A stretch of DNA of 43,222 bases, from contig JBKPSQ010000171.1 in assembly GCA_046735075.1 (NCBI GenBank), positions 1 to 43,222 of the forward strand, read 5' to 3'. The notes below the pieces were generated by a model. The model was not told the origin of the DNA. It did not search any database and worked only from the letters and a program-made list of their open reading frames with translations. Each line of letters begins with the position of its first letter. Position 1 is the first letter of the stretch. The translations under genes were made by a program, and so were the position numbers. Below are positions 28,863 through 38,214 of this stretch, piece after piece. The DNA is from Pseudomonadota bacterium. GTDB taxonomy: Bacteria > Pseudomonadota > Alphaproteobacteria > Rhizobiales > Methyloligellaceae.

Positions 28863-31800
28863 CTACTCGGCGGCTTCGGCGCGACGCGCATCGAATTGGC
28901 GCACGGCCTCGGCGTCACGTAGCGAGAGCTCCGGGAATTCGGGGTCGGAACCAACGTCGGGCAGGATTTTCCACGAGCGCGCGCATTTCATTCCCTTGGC
29001 GCGCTCGAACACGACTGCGACGCCCGACACGTCAGGAAGGCGGAAGGCATCATCTGGTCCTTCGCCGATCAGGCGCCGAACTCCGCTGGTGATGGCGATC
29101 TCGGCGAGGTCGATACCATGCAGCGCGGCGCGTAGCTCGCTGTCAGCGATATAGACTCTGGGCGCGGCTTCGAGGCTCGAGCCGATGCGGCCTTCTTTGC
29201 GCTCGATCTCGAGCGCACCAGTTACCACTCGGCGGACCTGTCGCACCTTGCGCCACTTCTCGGCAAGCGCCTCTTTGCGCCAGGCCTTGGGGATTTCGGG
29301 GAACTGACGGAAATGCACGGAGCTGCTCCCTCCGGGAAAGCGATTGATCCACACCTCTTCCATGGTGAAGGCGAGCATGGGCGCAAGCCAGGCGGTGAGC
29401 GCCGAGAAGATCTGATCGAGCACGGTCAGCGCGGCGCGGCGCGTGATGCTGTCATAGGGGTCGCAATAGAGCGCATCCTTGCGGATGTCGAAATAAAAGG
29501 CCGAGAGGTCGTTCACGCTGAAATTGAGCAGTGCGTGGAATACCCGCTTGAAGTCGAATTCGTCGTAACCCGAGCGGACCATCTCATCGAGCTCGGCCAG
29601 GCGATTGAGCATATAGCGCTCAAGCCCAGGCATCTCGGCATAAGGTACCGCGAGGCTCGGATGATAGTGAGCAAGATTGCCAAGCAGGAATCTCAGCGTA
29701 TTCCTCAGCTTGCGATAAGACTCGACATTGGCCTTGATGATCTCGGATCCGATGCGAAGGTCTTCGGCATAGTCCGAGCTCATCGCCCACAGCCGCAAGA
29801 TCTCTGCGCCCGATTGGCGGATCACGTCCTGCGGCGCCACCACATTGCCGAGCGACTTCGACATCTTACGGCCGTCCTCGCCGACGACGAACCCATGTGT
29901 CAGCACCGCATCGTAAGGCGCGCGGCCGCGCGTGCCGCAAGCTTCGAGCAGCGATGACTGGAACCAGCCGCGATGCTGGTCGGAGCCTTCGAGATAGAGA
30001 TCGGCGGGCCATTTCAAGTCGGCGCGCTGCTCCAGGACGAAGGCATGGGTCGAGCCTGAGTCGAACCAGACATCGAGAATGTCGTCGACCTTTTGCCAGT
30101 CGGCAGGATGGTCCACGAGACCTTCAAGAAAGCGCTCGCGCGCGCTCGCCTTGAACCAGGCATCGGCGCCCTCTCGGCTAAACGCCTCGACGATCCTGTC
30201 GATCAGTTCACCAGAGCGATTGAACCCAGCGCGCGGGATGACCTCGCCGGTTTCCTTGTGCACGAACACGGTAATGGGCACGCCCCAGGCACGCTGGCGC
30301 GACACCACCCAGTCAGGCCGCGTCTCGACCATGCCCCTGATGCGGTTCTCGCCTTGCGGCGGCACCCACCGCGTGTCGCCGATCGCCTTCAGCGCCCGCC
30401 CCCGCAATGTGCTTCCCGCTTCAATCGGCCTGTCCATGGCGATGAACCATTGCGGAGTGGCGCGGAAAATCACCGGCTTCTTGGATCGCCAGGAATGGGG
30501 ATAGTCATGTTTATGCCGCGCGCGGGCGATCAGCGAGCGGACCTCCGTCAGTTCGGCGATGACAGCGAAATTGGCGTCGCCGAACTTGCCCTTGTCATCG
30601 ATGACGTGGGCTCCTTCGAAGCCAGTAGCCTCCTTGGTGAAGAAACCGGCCTCGTCAACCGTGAACGGAATTTTCGTGTCGATGCCGCGCGCCTCGAGCG
30701 TTGCGCGGTTTTCCTCCCAGAGCTCGAAATCCTCGGTGCCGTGGCCAGGCGCCGTGTGCACAAAGCCGGTGCCGGTGTCCTCGGTCACGTGCTCTCCCGC
30801 CAGCAATGGCACGTCGAAGTCGTAGCCGCGCCCACGCAGCGGATGCGCCAAGGTGATGCCGTCGAGAACGGACCACGGCACGTGACCGAGGCGTTTCCAG
30901 CCGCCGACGCGGGCGGCCTTGAACACATCGTCGGCGAGTTTGTCGGCGAGGATCAACCGGTCGCCGCGCCGCGCCCAATTTTCTTCCGGCGCATGCGTCA
31001 CTTCGTAGAGGCCGTAATCGATGGATCGCGAGAAGGCGACCGCGCGGTTGCCGGGAATGGTCCACGGCGTCGTGGTCCAGATAACGATCGAAGCCGTCGC
31101 CAGCGCCTCAGGGATCAGCACCTCATCGTCGTCAGGCCCAATGTCGTGTGACTCTCCCGAGTAGCTCCGCACCGGAAACTTGACCCAAATCGCCGGGCTC
31201 TCGATCTCGGCATATTCCACCTCGGCCTCGGCAAGCGCGGTGCGCTCAACCACCGACCACATCACGGGCTTCGAGCCGCGATAGAGCAGCCCGTTCATCG
31301 CGAATTTCATGAGCTCGGCCGCGATGGTGGCTTCAGCATCAAAGCTCATGGTGGTGTAGGGATGCTCCCAATCGCCTTCGACGCCAAGGCGTTTGAACTC
31401 CTCGCGCTGCACGTTGAGCCAATGCTCGGCGTAAGCCCGGCACTCGGCGCGAAAGGCAATCATGGCGGCTGAATCTGAAAGGTCGGGCTTTGCCTTGCCC
31501 CTGGCGCGGTAATTCTCCTCCTCGACTTTCCACTCGATGGGTAGGCCGTGACAGTCCCAACCCGGCACGTAGTTCGCGTCCTTTCCCATCATCGCCTGGC
31601 TGCGATTGATCACGTCCTTGAGGATTTTGTTGAGCCCAGTGCCGATATGGATGTTGCCGTTGGCGTAAGGCGGCCCGTCATGGAGAACGAATTTCGGGCG
31701 GCCCATAGCTTCTTCGCGGAGCCGGTCGTAGAGCCGCATCTCGCGCCAGCGCTTCAAGAGCTCGGGCTCGCGCTCGGGCAGTCCCGCCTTCATCGGGAAA

Positions 31801-32186
31801 TCGGTCTTGGGCAGGAACAACGTCTCGCTCCAGTCGCGCCCGGTCTGGGCTTTGAGGGCTTCTAGGCGGCCCATTAGCGACTGAGGCTGCACCGCGCGCG
31901 GCTTGGCCGCCGCGCGCAATGTTCGGGCCCTGGGTTTCGGTTTGGGCTTGGCCACCGCACGCGGTGGTGCCGTCCGTGGTGCCGCCTTTTTCTTGGTGCC
32001 TGTCCGGACCTGACGTCGGCTCTTGGCCTTTGCGACCTTCTGCGTGGAAAGCTTTGCCGTCGGTTTGGCTTTAACCACCGCCCGACGCTTTGGCTTTGCC
32101 GTCGCGGCATTCTTCGTCCTGCGGACCGTCTTGCCGGCCCGCGTTCCTTTGGCGGCTGCTCCGCCGCTCTTCGGTTTCCTTGCCAT
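28863..32186 (-). CDS. ileS: isoleucine--tRNA ligase with basic N-terminal extension
   Basis: [51 protein letters not shown] and KMSKS. Start either ATG 32186 (MARKPKS) or ATG 31874. Confidence 0.95.
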   Translation of the reverse strand: MARKPKSGGAAAKGTRAGKTVRRTKNAATAKPKRRAVVKAKPTAKLSTQKVAKAKSRRQVRTGTKKKAAPRTAPPRAVAKPKPKPRARTLRAAAKPRAVQPQSLMGRLEALKAQTGRDWSETLFLPKTDFPMKAGLPEREPELLKRWREMRLYDRLREEAMGRPKFVLHDGPPYANGNIHIGTGLNKILKDVINRSQAMMGKDANYVPGWDCHGLPIEWKVEEENYRARGKAKPDLSDSAAMIAFRAECRAYAEHWLNVQREEFKRLGVEGDWEHPYTTMSFDAEATIAAELMKFAMNGLLYRGSKPVMWSVVERTALAEAEVEYAEIESPAIWVKFPVRSYSGESHDIGPDDDEVLIPEALATASIVIWTTTPWTIPGNRAVAFSRSIDYGLYEVTHAPEENWARRGDRLILADKLADDVFKAARVGGWKRLGHVPWSVLDGITLAHPLRGRGYDFDVPLLAGEHVTEDTGTGFVHTAPGHGTEDFELWEENRATLEARGIDTKIPFTVDEAGFFTKEATGFEGAHVIDDKGKFGDANFAVIAELTEVRSLIARARHKHDYPHSWRSKKPVIFRATPQWFIAMDRPIEAGSTLRGRALKAIGDTRWVPPQGENRIRGMVETRPDWVVSRQRAWGVPITVFVHKETGEVIPRAGFNRSGELIDRIVEAFSREGADAWFKASARERFLEGLVDHPADWQKVDDILDVWFDSGSTHAFVLEQRADLKWPADLYLEGSDQHRGWFQSSLLEACGTRGRAPYDAVLTHGFVVGEDGRKMSKSLGNVVAPQDVIRQSGAEILRLWAMSSDYAEDLRIGSEIIKANVESYRKLRNTLRFLLGNLAHYHPSLAVPYAEMPGLERYMLNRLAELDEMVRSGYDEFDFKRVFHALLNFSVNDLSAFYFDIRKDALYCDPYDSITRRAALTVLDQIFSALTAWLAPMLAFTMEEVWINRFPGGSSSVHFRQFPEIPKAWRKEALAEKWRKVRQVRRVVTGALEIERKEGRIGSSLEAAPRVYIADSELRAALHGIDLAEIAITSGVRRLIGEGPDDAFRLPDVSGVAVVFERAKGMKCARSWKILPDVGSDPEFPELSLRDAEAVRQFDARRAEAAE

Positions 32187-32314
32187 AGATGCTTTCCGCC
32201 GCTTGCCGTCCCCGCGGCGTTCTAGCAACCGAGCCTCGCACATTCCAGTCTGTTCAGTCGCCGCGGTGGGGGTCGGCTGTTAGAATGCTCGCCAACGCAC
32301 ACAGAGAATGGGGG

Positions 32315-32854
32315 ATGAAGATGCGGCGGTCTGCTTGTCTTGCATTCGGGCTTTTGCTGTTTGCGTCATCTACCAGTCTGGCCGAGCCTGCTTCACCTGA
32401 CCCGTCAATTGCCGCGATCGACAACGCGAGAGCAGCGACCATTGCGGCACTCAAGGCCGCGCCTCTCGGTTTCCGGCGCGTTCTGTTCGTCGCCGACGCG
32501 CCGGGCGGCTTCGCCATCTACGACCCGCGCTCGAACAATGTGTTCAAGCCCGGCGAGCCGCTCATCGTTTACACCGAGCCGGTCGGCATCACTTGGCAGC
32601 AGAATGGCGACAAGGTCTCGTCGAAGCTCGTAGTCGATTTCGAGGTGAGATCGCCTGACGGACAGGTGCTCGGCGGCCAGAAGAGCTTCGGAGAGTTCGC
32701 GCTCACCGCGCGCGAGCCGCCGATCGACTACATGGCGCACGTGACCATCAACCTGACCGGGGCTTCGGCCGGCGCCTACATCCTCGGTCTTACCATGCAC
32801 GATACAAACAGCGGCAAGACAACGAGCGCAGACCTGCCCTTCGAGATCAAATAG
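32315..32854 (+). CDS. secreted hypothetical protein, Ig-like/beta-sandwich composition
   Basis: Signal peptide ending SLA; FKPGEPLIVYTEPVG and GAYILGLTMHD...ADLPFEIK. Confidence 0.75.
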   Translation: MKMRRSACLAFGLLLFASSTSLAEPASPDPSIAAIDNARAATIAALKAAPLGFRRVLFVADAPGGFAIYDPRSNNVFKPGEPLIVYTEPVGITWQQNGDKVSSKLVVDFEVRSPDGQVLGGQKSFGEFALTAREPPIDYMAHVTINLTGASAGAYILGLTMHDTNSGKTTSADLPFEIK

Positions 32855-33839
32855 ATTCGGACGTGCGGGTGAGAGCTCGCCCGAGGGGAAAGCGGCGCAT
32901 CGGATCGTCAGCCTCGACGCTCTCCAATACGGCGCGCACTTGCTCTGTGTCTTTCCGCATTTGCTGGGCAAGCGCTTCGGGCGTGGCGAAAGTCTGATCC
33001 GGTCTCAGGAAGCCGATGAACTCAGCCTCGACCTCCTTGTTGTACAGATCGCCAGCAAAATCGAGGAGGTAAGCCTCCAAGACAGGCTGGTGTTCGCCGA
33101 AAGTAGGGCGGACGCCCACGTAGCCTGCAGCAAGCGAGCGCCCGCCATCATGGTGGACGCGCATGGCATAGATGCCATGGCGCACGTCTTGGCCCGGGTG
33201 AAGCGGAAAATTGAGCGTGGGAAAGCCGAGACCCTTGCCGCGGCCTGCTCCTTTGCTCACGCGACCGCGGGCGCGCCACCAATAACCGAGCTCATCGGCC
33301 GCCTGCCTCACCTCTCCTTTGCGGAGATGCTCGCGAATGCTGCTCGAGGAGAAGATGGCGCCCTCAGCGCCCACCGGCGAAACGACATCGACGCCGAAGC
33401 CGAGCTTGCGCCCGAGCGTCGTAAGCTCCTCGGTGGTGCCGGTGCGGCCTTTGCCGTAGGAGAAGTCGTGCCCTACCACCACGTGACTTGCGCCGAGTCC
33501 GCCGGCGAGCACGTCGGTGGCAAACGCATCGGCGCTCAACGACGCGAGTGCCTGATCGAAGGGAATGACGAAGGTCTGGTCGAGGCCGAGGGCTTCCAGG
33601 AGTTCGAGTTTCACCGGAAGTGGCGTCAGATAGAAGAAGGGCTGATCAGGTGCGAAGAACGCGCGCGGGTGCGGATCGAACACCACGGCGCCGGAGCGCC
33701 GGCCTTCCCGCTTAGCGATGCGGATCGCCTCGCTGAGCACAGCCTGATGACCGCGATGGACGCCGTCAAAATTGCCGATGGCGACCGCCGCGCCCTGCAA
33801 CGTGCGCGGCACGTCCCGCCAAAAGCGGACAATGTCCAT
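32847..33839 (-). CDS. ribF: bifunctional riboflavin kinase / FAD synthetase
   Basis: IGNFDGVHRGH, VVGHDFSYG, SSSSIR, GKGLGFPTLN and GVRPTF. Confidence 0.95.
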   Translation of the reverse strand: MDIVRFWRDVPRTLQGAAVAIGNFDGVHRGHQAVLSEAIRIAKREGRRSGAVVFDPHPRAFFAPDQPFFYLTPLPVKLELLEALGLDQTFVIPFDQALASLSADAFATDVLAGGLGASHVVVGHDFSYGKGRTGTTEELTTLGRKLGFGVDVVSPVGAEGAIFSSSSIREHLRKGEVRQAADELGYWWRARGRVSKGAGRGKGLGFPTLNFPLHPGQDVRHGIYAMRVHHDGGRSLAAGYVGVRPTFGEHQPVLEAYLLDFAGDLYNKEVEAEFIGFLRPDQTFATPEALAQQMRKDTEQVRAVLESVEADDPMRRFPLGRALTRTSESI

Positions 33840-33860
33840 CGTCCATCCTTCGATCTCGCC

Positions 33861-34322
33861 CTATTGGCGCGGCGCGCGTCGGTCGACCATCATCACCGCC
33901 TCGCCCTCGAGCACCGTCTTGCCGTTGACGGCGCAGTCGCAAGCAAGCGTCGCACGCGCCTTCTCGGGATCGAGTCCGGTGACCTTGAGCGTAGCAACCA
34001 CCTCGTCCCCGATATAGACGGGCGCCCGGAATTTCATGCTTTGCGAAAGATAGATGCAGCCAGGGCCTGGAAGCTTGGTGCCAAGCACAGTGGAGAACAG
34101 GCTCCCAGTCAGAAAGCCGTGGGCAATCCGCTTCTTGAAGATCGTCCGCGCAGCGAAATCGTCACTCAGGTGCACCGGGTTGACGTCCCCCGACAGGTCC
34201 GCGAAAGCGAGAACGTCATCGTTGGTGATCTTCTTGGAGACACTCGCCTCCATGCCCACGGCCAGGTCTTCGAAATAATAGCCGTGGCCGAGGCCGCTCG
34301 TGCCGTTTCCATTGCTCGTCAT
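33861..34322 (-). CDS. MaoC/PhaJ-like (R)-hydratase
   Basis: FADLSGDVNPVH, RIAHG and LPGPGCIYLSQ. Start set at ATG 34322. Confidence 0.9.
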   Translation of the reverse strand: MTSNGNGTSGLGHGYYFEDLAVGMEASVSKKITNDDVLAFADLSGDVNPVHLSDDFAARTIFKKRIAHGFLTGSLFSTVLGTKLPGPGCIYLSQSMKFRAPVYIGDEVVATLKVTGLDPEKARATLACDCAVNGKTVLEGEAVMMVDRRAPRQ

Positions 34323-34411
34323 GTGATTTTTCCCTGCTCCCTGCGGTGTTGAACGAAAATAGCGAAGCGCTTGTTGCACTGCAATATGCGCCAGTTTGCG
34401 AGACGGTTCCG

Positions 34412-35299
34412 TTACCAGGCGAGTGCGCGCATGGCGCCAAGCGGCCGCCGCTTGGCGCCGACGAACAGCTCGGCCAGATGCCGTTCATCAAGGGTTTCGG
34501 GACCTGCTTCGCCGCCGCTGTTTGCTGGCACGTGCAGGCCGCTCGCGACAAACACCGCGTCGATGCCAAACTGAGCTGCGCCGGCGATGTCGGTGTTGAC
34601 GCCGTCGCCGATGGCGAGCAGCTCACTCTTGGTCACGGTCCGGCCAGCCAGGTCGGAGATGGTCTTGAGAGCGAGCTCGTAGATCGGGGCGTACGGCTTG
34701 CCGGCATAGAGTACGCTGCCGCCGAGCCGCTCATAGATCGCGGCAACGGCGCCCGCGCAGTAGACGAGCTTGTCACCGCGCTCCACGAGATGATCGGGGT
34801 TAGCGCAGATCATGAGGAGCTTGCGGGCGGCAAGCTTCTGCAACAGCTCCACATAGTCATCGGGCGTCTCGGTCTCATCATCGAAGAGGCCGGAACAGAC
34901 TATGAGCTCCGAGTCATCGGGGTTGCCCAGCTTGACGGGAATGCCCTCGAAGATGGGAAGGTCGCGCTCCGGCCCGAGATGAAAGACGGTTGCGCCCTCG
35001 TGCTTGCCAAGCTCGTATCGGGTGAGATCGCCGGAGGTGACCGTCGCATCATAGGCATCATCGGGCACGCCGAGACGGCGGAGCTGCTCTTGAACGCCTG
35101 GCGTGGGACGCGGTGAATTGGAAAGGAGCACGACGATACCGCCGCGTTGCCGGAACCCGCGTGCCGCCGAGATGGCGCCAGCGAAAGCGCGATGCCCGTT
35201 ATGCATCACGCCCCATATATCGACGAGCCAGGCGCGATAGCGCGAGCCGATCTCCTTGATTGAGGAGATTACCGGGATGCTTGGAGCGATCAGCGTCAT
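34412..35299 (-). CDS. HAD-IIA hydrolase (TIGR01459-like)
   Basis: DIWGVMHNG, LSNSPR, CANPD, GKPY and IGDGVNTDI. Confidence 0.9.
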   Translation of the reverse strand: MTLIAPSIPVISSIKEIGSRYRAWLVDIWGVMHNGHRAFAGAISAARGFRQRGGIVVLLSNSPRPTPGVQEQLRRLGVPDDAYDATVTSGDLTRYELGKHEGATVFHLGPERDLPIFEGIPVKLGNPDDSELIVCSGLFDDETETPDDYVELLQKLAARKLLMICANPDHLVERGDKLVYCAGAVAAIYERLGGSVLYAGKPYAPIYELALKTISDLAGRTVTKSELLAIGDGVNTDIAGAAQFGIDAVFVASGLHVPANSGGEAGPETLDERHLAELFVGAKRRPLGAMRALAW

Positions 35300-35481
35300 G
35301 CCGCTCGGTTAGAGGCTCGCAAGCTAAGGGTCAAGCGCGCGGAATTGCGCCGTTTGTTCTGCTGTCAGGTTTGGGCGAAACGCACAGATCGCCGTCTTGT
35401 GATCCTGCGGGGCTTGCGGGAGCCGTGTTTGCCTCCCACATCAGGCGCGCCGAGGAGGGGACGGCATAAGGAGATGGAACG

Positions 35482-35801
35482 ATGCCTAGCCCCTTCAAAA
35501 CCTTGATTCCCCTCACAACTGCTGCCGCTGTCGCCTTGAGCCTTGGGCTCGTGGCGGGCGCCGGCTCGGCCAGCGCCGCGCCGCAAGCCACCGGCCTGAC
35601 CAGCCCTGGCCTCCAAGCCGAGCAGTCGGTTACAAGCGCTACTATCGGAGATCTCTCTATTACGGCCCGGACTATTACGTCAGCGACTACTACGCGCCCT
35701 CGTACCGAGTCTATCGCGACATTCCGGGCGGCAATAACGAGATCCGCGAGTTGCAGCGCCTCTTCCCGGAGACCAACTGGCCGCGCAGCCTCCGTTACTA
35801 G
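35482..35801 (+). pseudogene. small secreted Tyr-rich protein with FPETNWP motif, frameshifted at ~35625
   Basis: AAGGAG SD, signal peptide in frame 0. The -1 frame from 35625 reads VGYKRYYRRSLYYGPDYYVSDYYAPSYRVYRDIPGGNNEIRELQRLFPETNWPRSLRY*. Adding one G restores a 106-aa ORF. Confidence 0.7.
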
Positions 35802-35807
35802 CGCTCA

Positions 35808-35856
35808 GGATAATTCAGGTTATTTGCGGATAATTGCCGGCCATTAGCGGATAATT
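35808..35856. promoter_or_regulatory. three phased direct repeats GGATAATT
   Basis: Copies at 35808, 35828 and 35849 (20- and 21-nt period). Confidence 0.5.
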
Positions 35857-35985
35857 ACTCGCGAATTGCGTGTTGCATCCTGACGCTTCCTAGAAGCGTG
35901 GTGTAGCATAGGGACCGACCGGATCGGGGACAGCGGTGATCATGCCGTGGCATCTTCCCCGCGCCGGGCTAGGGAGGTTTGCAAC

Positions 35986-36303
35986 ATGAAACGCACTTTG
36001 CTCAAAGCCGCCGCACCCGCGCTCATCCTCGGCGGCTTCGCCCTCTCCGGGCAGGCCTTCGCTCTTTCGCTGGTCCCCATAGATCGGGCGGCAACCATCG
36101 CGGTGCCGGTCACCGACCAAGAGGAACGAGCCGTCGAGGAGCATCTCAACCCTGCCGAGACGCCGCCTGGCCCGCCAGACCAGGCAGCGCCCATGAGCCC
36201 GGCTCCGGAAGCCGGCAGGAGCGAACCCAATCCGGGTGGTGCCGAGGTCGAGCAGCAGGAGCTCGAGAGCACATTCCCCTCGACCGACTGGCCGAAGAAG
36301 TAA
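35986..36303 (+). CDS. small secreted Pro/Glu-rich protein with C-terminal FPSTDWP motif
   Basis: GGAGG SD before ATG 35986; signal peptide MKRTLL...AFA; own terminator downstream. Confidence 0.8.
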   Translation: MKRTLLKAAAPALILGGFALSGQAFALSLVPIDRAATIAVPVTDQEERAVEEHLNPAETPPGPPDQAAPMSPAPEAGRSEPNPGGAEVEQQELESTFPSTDWPKK

Positions 36304-36325
36304 TCCCAAGCGATCCAAACAAATG

Positions 36326-36359
36326 GAAGCCTCGGGCATCGCCCGAGGCTTCTTCGTTT
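36326..36359 (+). terminator. intrinsic terminator
   Basis: 12-bp stem GAAGCCTCGGGC/GCCCGAGGCTTC followed by TTCGTTT; lies between convergent genes. Confidence 0.7.
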
Positions 36360-36384
36360 CGTGCCGAGCATTGTGTCCGCGCTG

Positions 36385-37941
36385 TTAAGCCGCGTCGGCC
36401 TCTTCGAGCTCGCGCAGCAGCGCCGGACTCACCGGCCGCGCCGTGCCGAATAGATCGCCTTGGGCGAGGTCCACGCCGTAGTCGAGCAGCTTGGCGACCG
36501 CATCCTCATCCTCGACCGTCTCCACGATGAGCTTGAGTCCGAACGTCTCGAGGTAGCTCTTCATGTCGGCGCCGGGCAGGCCTTTGCCCCTTACTTCCAT
36601 GTCATGCAGGAAGGTCTTGGCATCGACTTTGACGAAGCGAAAGTGCCGATCGCGAAGGCCGGCAAAATCCACATCGAGGTCGCTGACCTGGTCGAGCGAG
36701 AAGCCGTAGCCGAGCGCCCCCAGCGTATCGAGCGAGCCGAACTCCGAAGTCTCAAGCCCGAGGAGCGCAGGCTGGCTCACCTCGAAGATCAAGCTTTCGC
36801 TCAAGCCGGAATTCTCCTCCATGAACTCGACCAGTTCGGGGAAGAACTCGGGATCGAGCAGCGTACGTACCGAGATGTTGCAAAAGAACCCCTTGATCCT
36901 TGACTTGGCGCCGAGGCGCCTCAACGCCTGCACGCTCTTTACGAGCTGCACATTGTCGATCAGGGGAATCATTCCTGAGTTTTCGGCTACCGAAAGATAG
37001 GCCGAGGGCATGATTAGCTCGTCAGATTTGGTCCTGATCCGGGTCAGCGCTTCGAAATAGCGCGGCCTTCGTTCCGGCAGAGTCACGGTCGGCCGCAAAT
37101 AAAGGTCGACGCGGCCTCCCTCGATGGCCTGCGCCACGATATCGAGCATTTCATCGTCGCTGAAGGTCTGCGCCGTCTTGCGCTCCGCGGGTTCATTCTT
37201 CAGTGCGGCTGCCGAGGCGGTCGCCGGAAGACCATCGAGGACTTCCTCTTCCTCCACGACGATCAGCGTCTCGGTGACCTCCGTTATCGGCCCCTCCGCA
37301 CCCTCCGCCTCGTCAAGTTCATCGGCCAGAGAGGGAATGGGAGCCGCGACTGCGACCTGCGGCGCGGGGGCCGGGGTGGAACCAGACGGCACGCCAGCCG
37401 ATGCAACCTCGCGCGAAAGCTGCTTGATCAGCCCCTCGAGCACGCGCAAGTCGTTAGCGATCTTGTCGCGATGCGTTCTGGCCTCGCCTTCGAGCTCGGT
37501 CCGCAGACCATCGATCTTGGCGTGCACGTCGTCGAACTCCGATGCGAGCTGCTCATAGCGGCCGATGCTGGCTGCCCCGCGGCTGCCCTGGCCCACGGCC
37601 TGGTCGAGCCGTTCGACGCGATCATTCAAGAGGTCGAGCCTCGCCACGTCATCCTCGACGCGGTCGATGCGTTGCAGATCGGCGTCGATGATCTCGAGCG
37701 CTTCCTCAAGCTCATTCAAGCGATCGGTTACCGGGGCCGATTTCGTCGAGCGCGCGATCATGAGATAGGACGCCACCATCACCATATAGAGCGCTGCGGC
37801 GGCAATCAGCGCCGGGATGTAAGCAATGCCGGAATGAACGACGAGCCCAGCCGCGAACGCGATTGCAGTAACGGCCATGGCGATCAGAACGATCACATCA
37901 AGCATGGCCAGTCCTGAGGAACTGCTCTGCCTAGAAGCCAT
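36385..37941 (-). CDS. membrane-anchored coiled-coil protein with degenerate EAL domain (TipF-like)
   Basis: Two TM helices, long coiled coil, acidic linker, YFEALTR; DDFGTG replaced by DQVSDL. Start probably 37941. Confidence 0.8.
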   Translation of the reverse strand: MASRQSSSSGLAMLDVIVLIAMAVTAIAFAAGLVVHSGIAYIPALIAAAALYMVMVASYLMIARSTKSAPVTDRLNELEEALEIIDADLQRIDRVEDDVARLDLLNDRVERLDQAVGQGSRGAASIGRYEQLASEFDDVHAKIDGLRTELEGEARTHRDKIANDLRVLEGLIKQLSREVASAGVPSGSTPAPAPQVAVAAPIPSLADELDEAEGAEGPITEVTETLIVVEEEEVLDGLPATASAAALKNEPAERKTAQTFSDDEMLDIVAQAIEGGRVDLYLRPTVTLPERRPRYFEALTRIRTKSDELIMPSAYLSVAENSGMIPLIDNVQLVKSVQALRRLGAKSRIKGFFCNISVRTLLDPEFFPELVEFMEENSGLSESLIFEVSQPALLGLETSEFGSLDTLGALGYGFSLDQVSDLDVDFAGLRDRHFRFVKVDAKTFLHDMEVRGKGLPGADMKSYLETFGLKLIVETVEDEDAVAKLLDYGVDLAQGDLFGTARPVSPALLRELEEADAA

Positions 37942-38214
37942 GATCCCAGCGCTTACCAATTGCGCAACCCCCGCAAAAATCATGCGGCGACAGGCCCTGT
38001 GAGGCAACACTAATTTGGCAGCCCCTCGCGCTTTTGTTGATACAGGTGCCATGCGGCAACGCCAAGCCGGGCCCGGCAGCCGGGAAAGCGCAAACTCAGG
38101 CGTTCTGCCGCTGCCGCAGCAAACGCTGCACGGTCTTTACCCATGGTTTTGCCCATGATGAGATAAAAAAACAGCGTACAAAACTTTCCGGCCTCATAAC
38201 AAGGCGAGCTCGTC

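Noticed and set aside
35373-35434. Possible three-way-junction leader (riboswitch-like) upstream of the 35482 gene
   Set aside because: Stems are short, bulged and wobble-dependent, there is no known aptamer consensus, and this is compatible with chance at this GC content.
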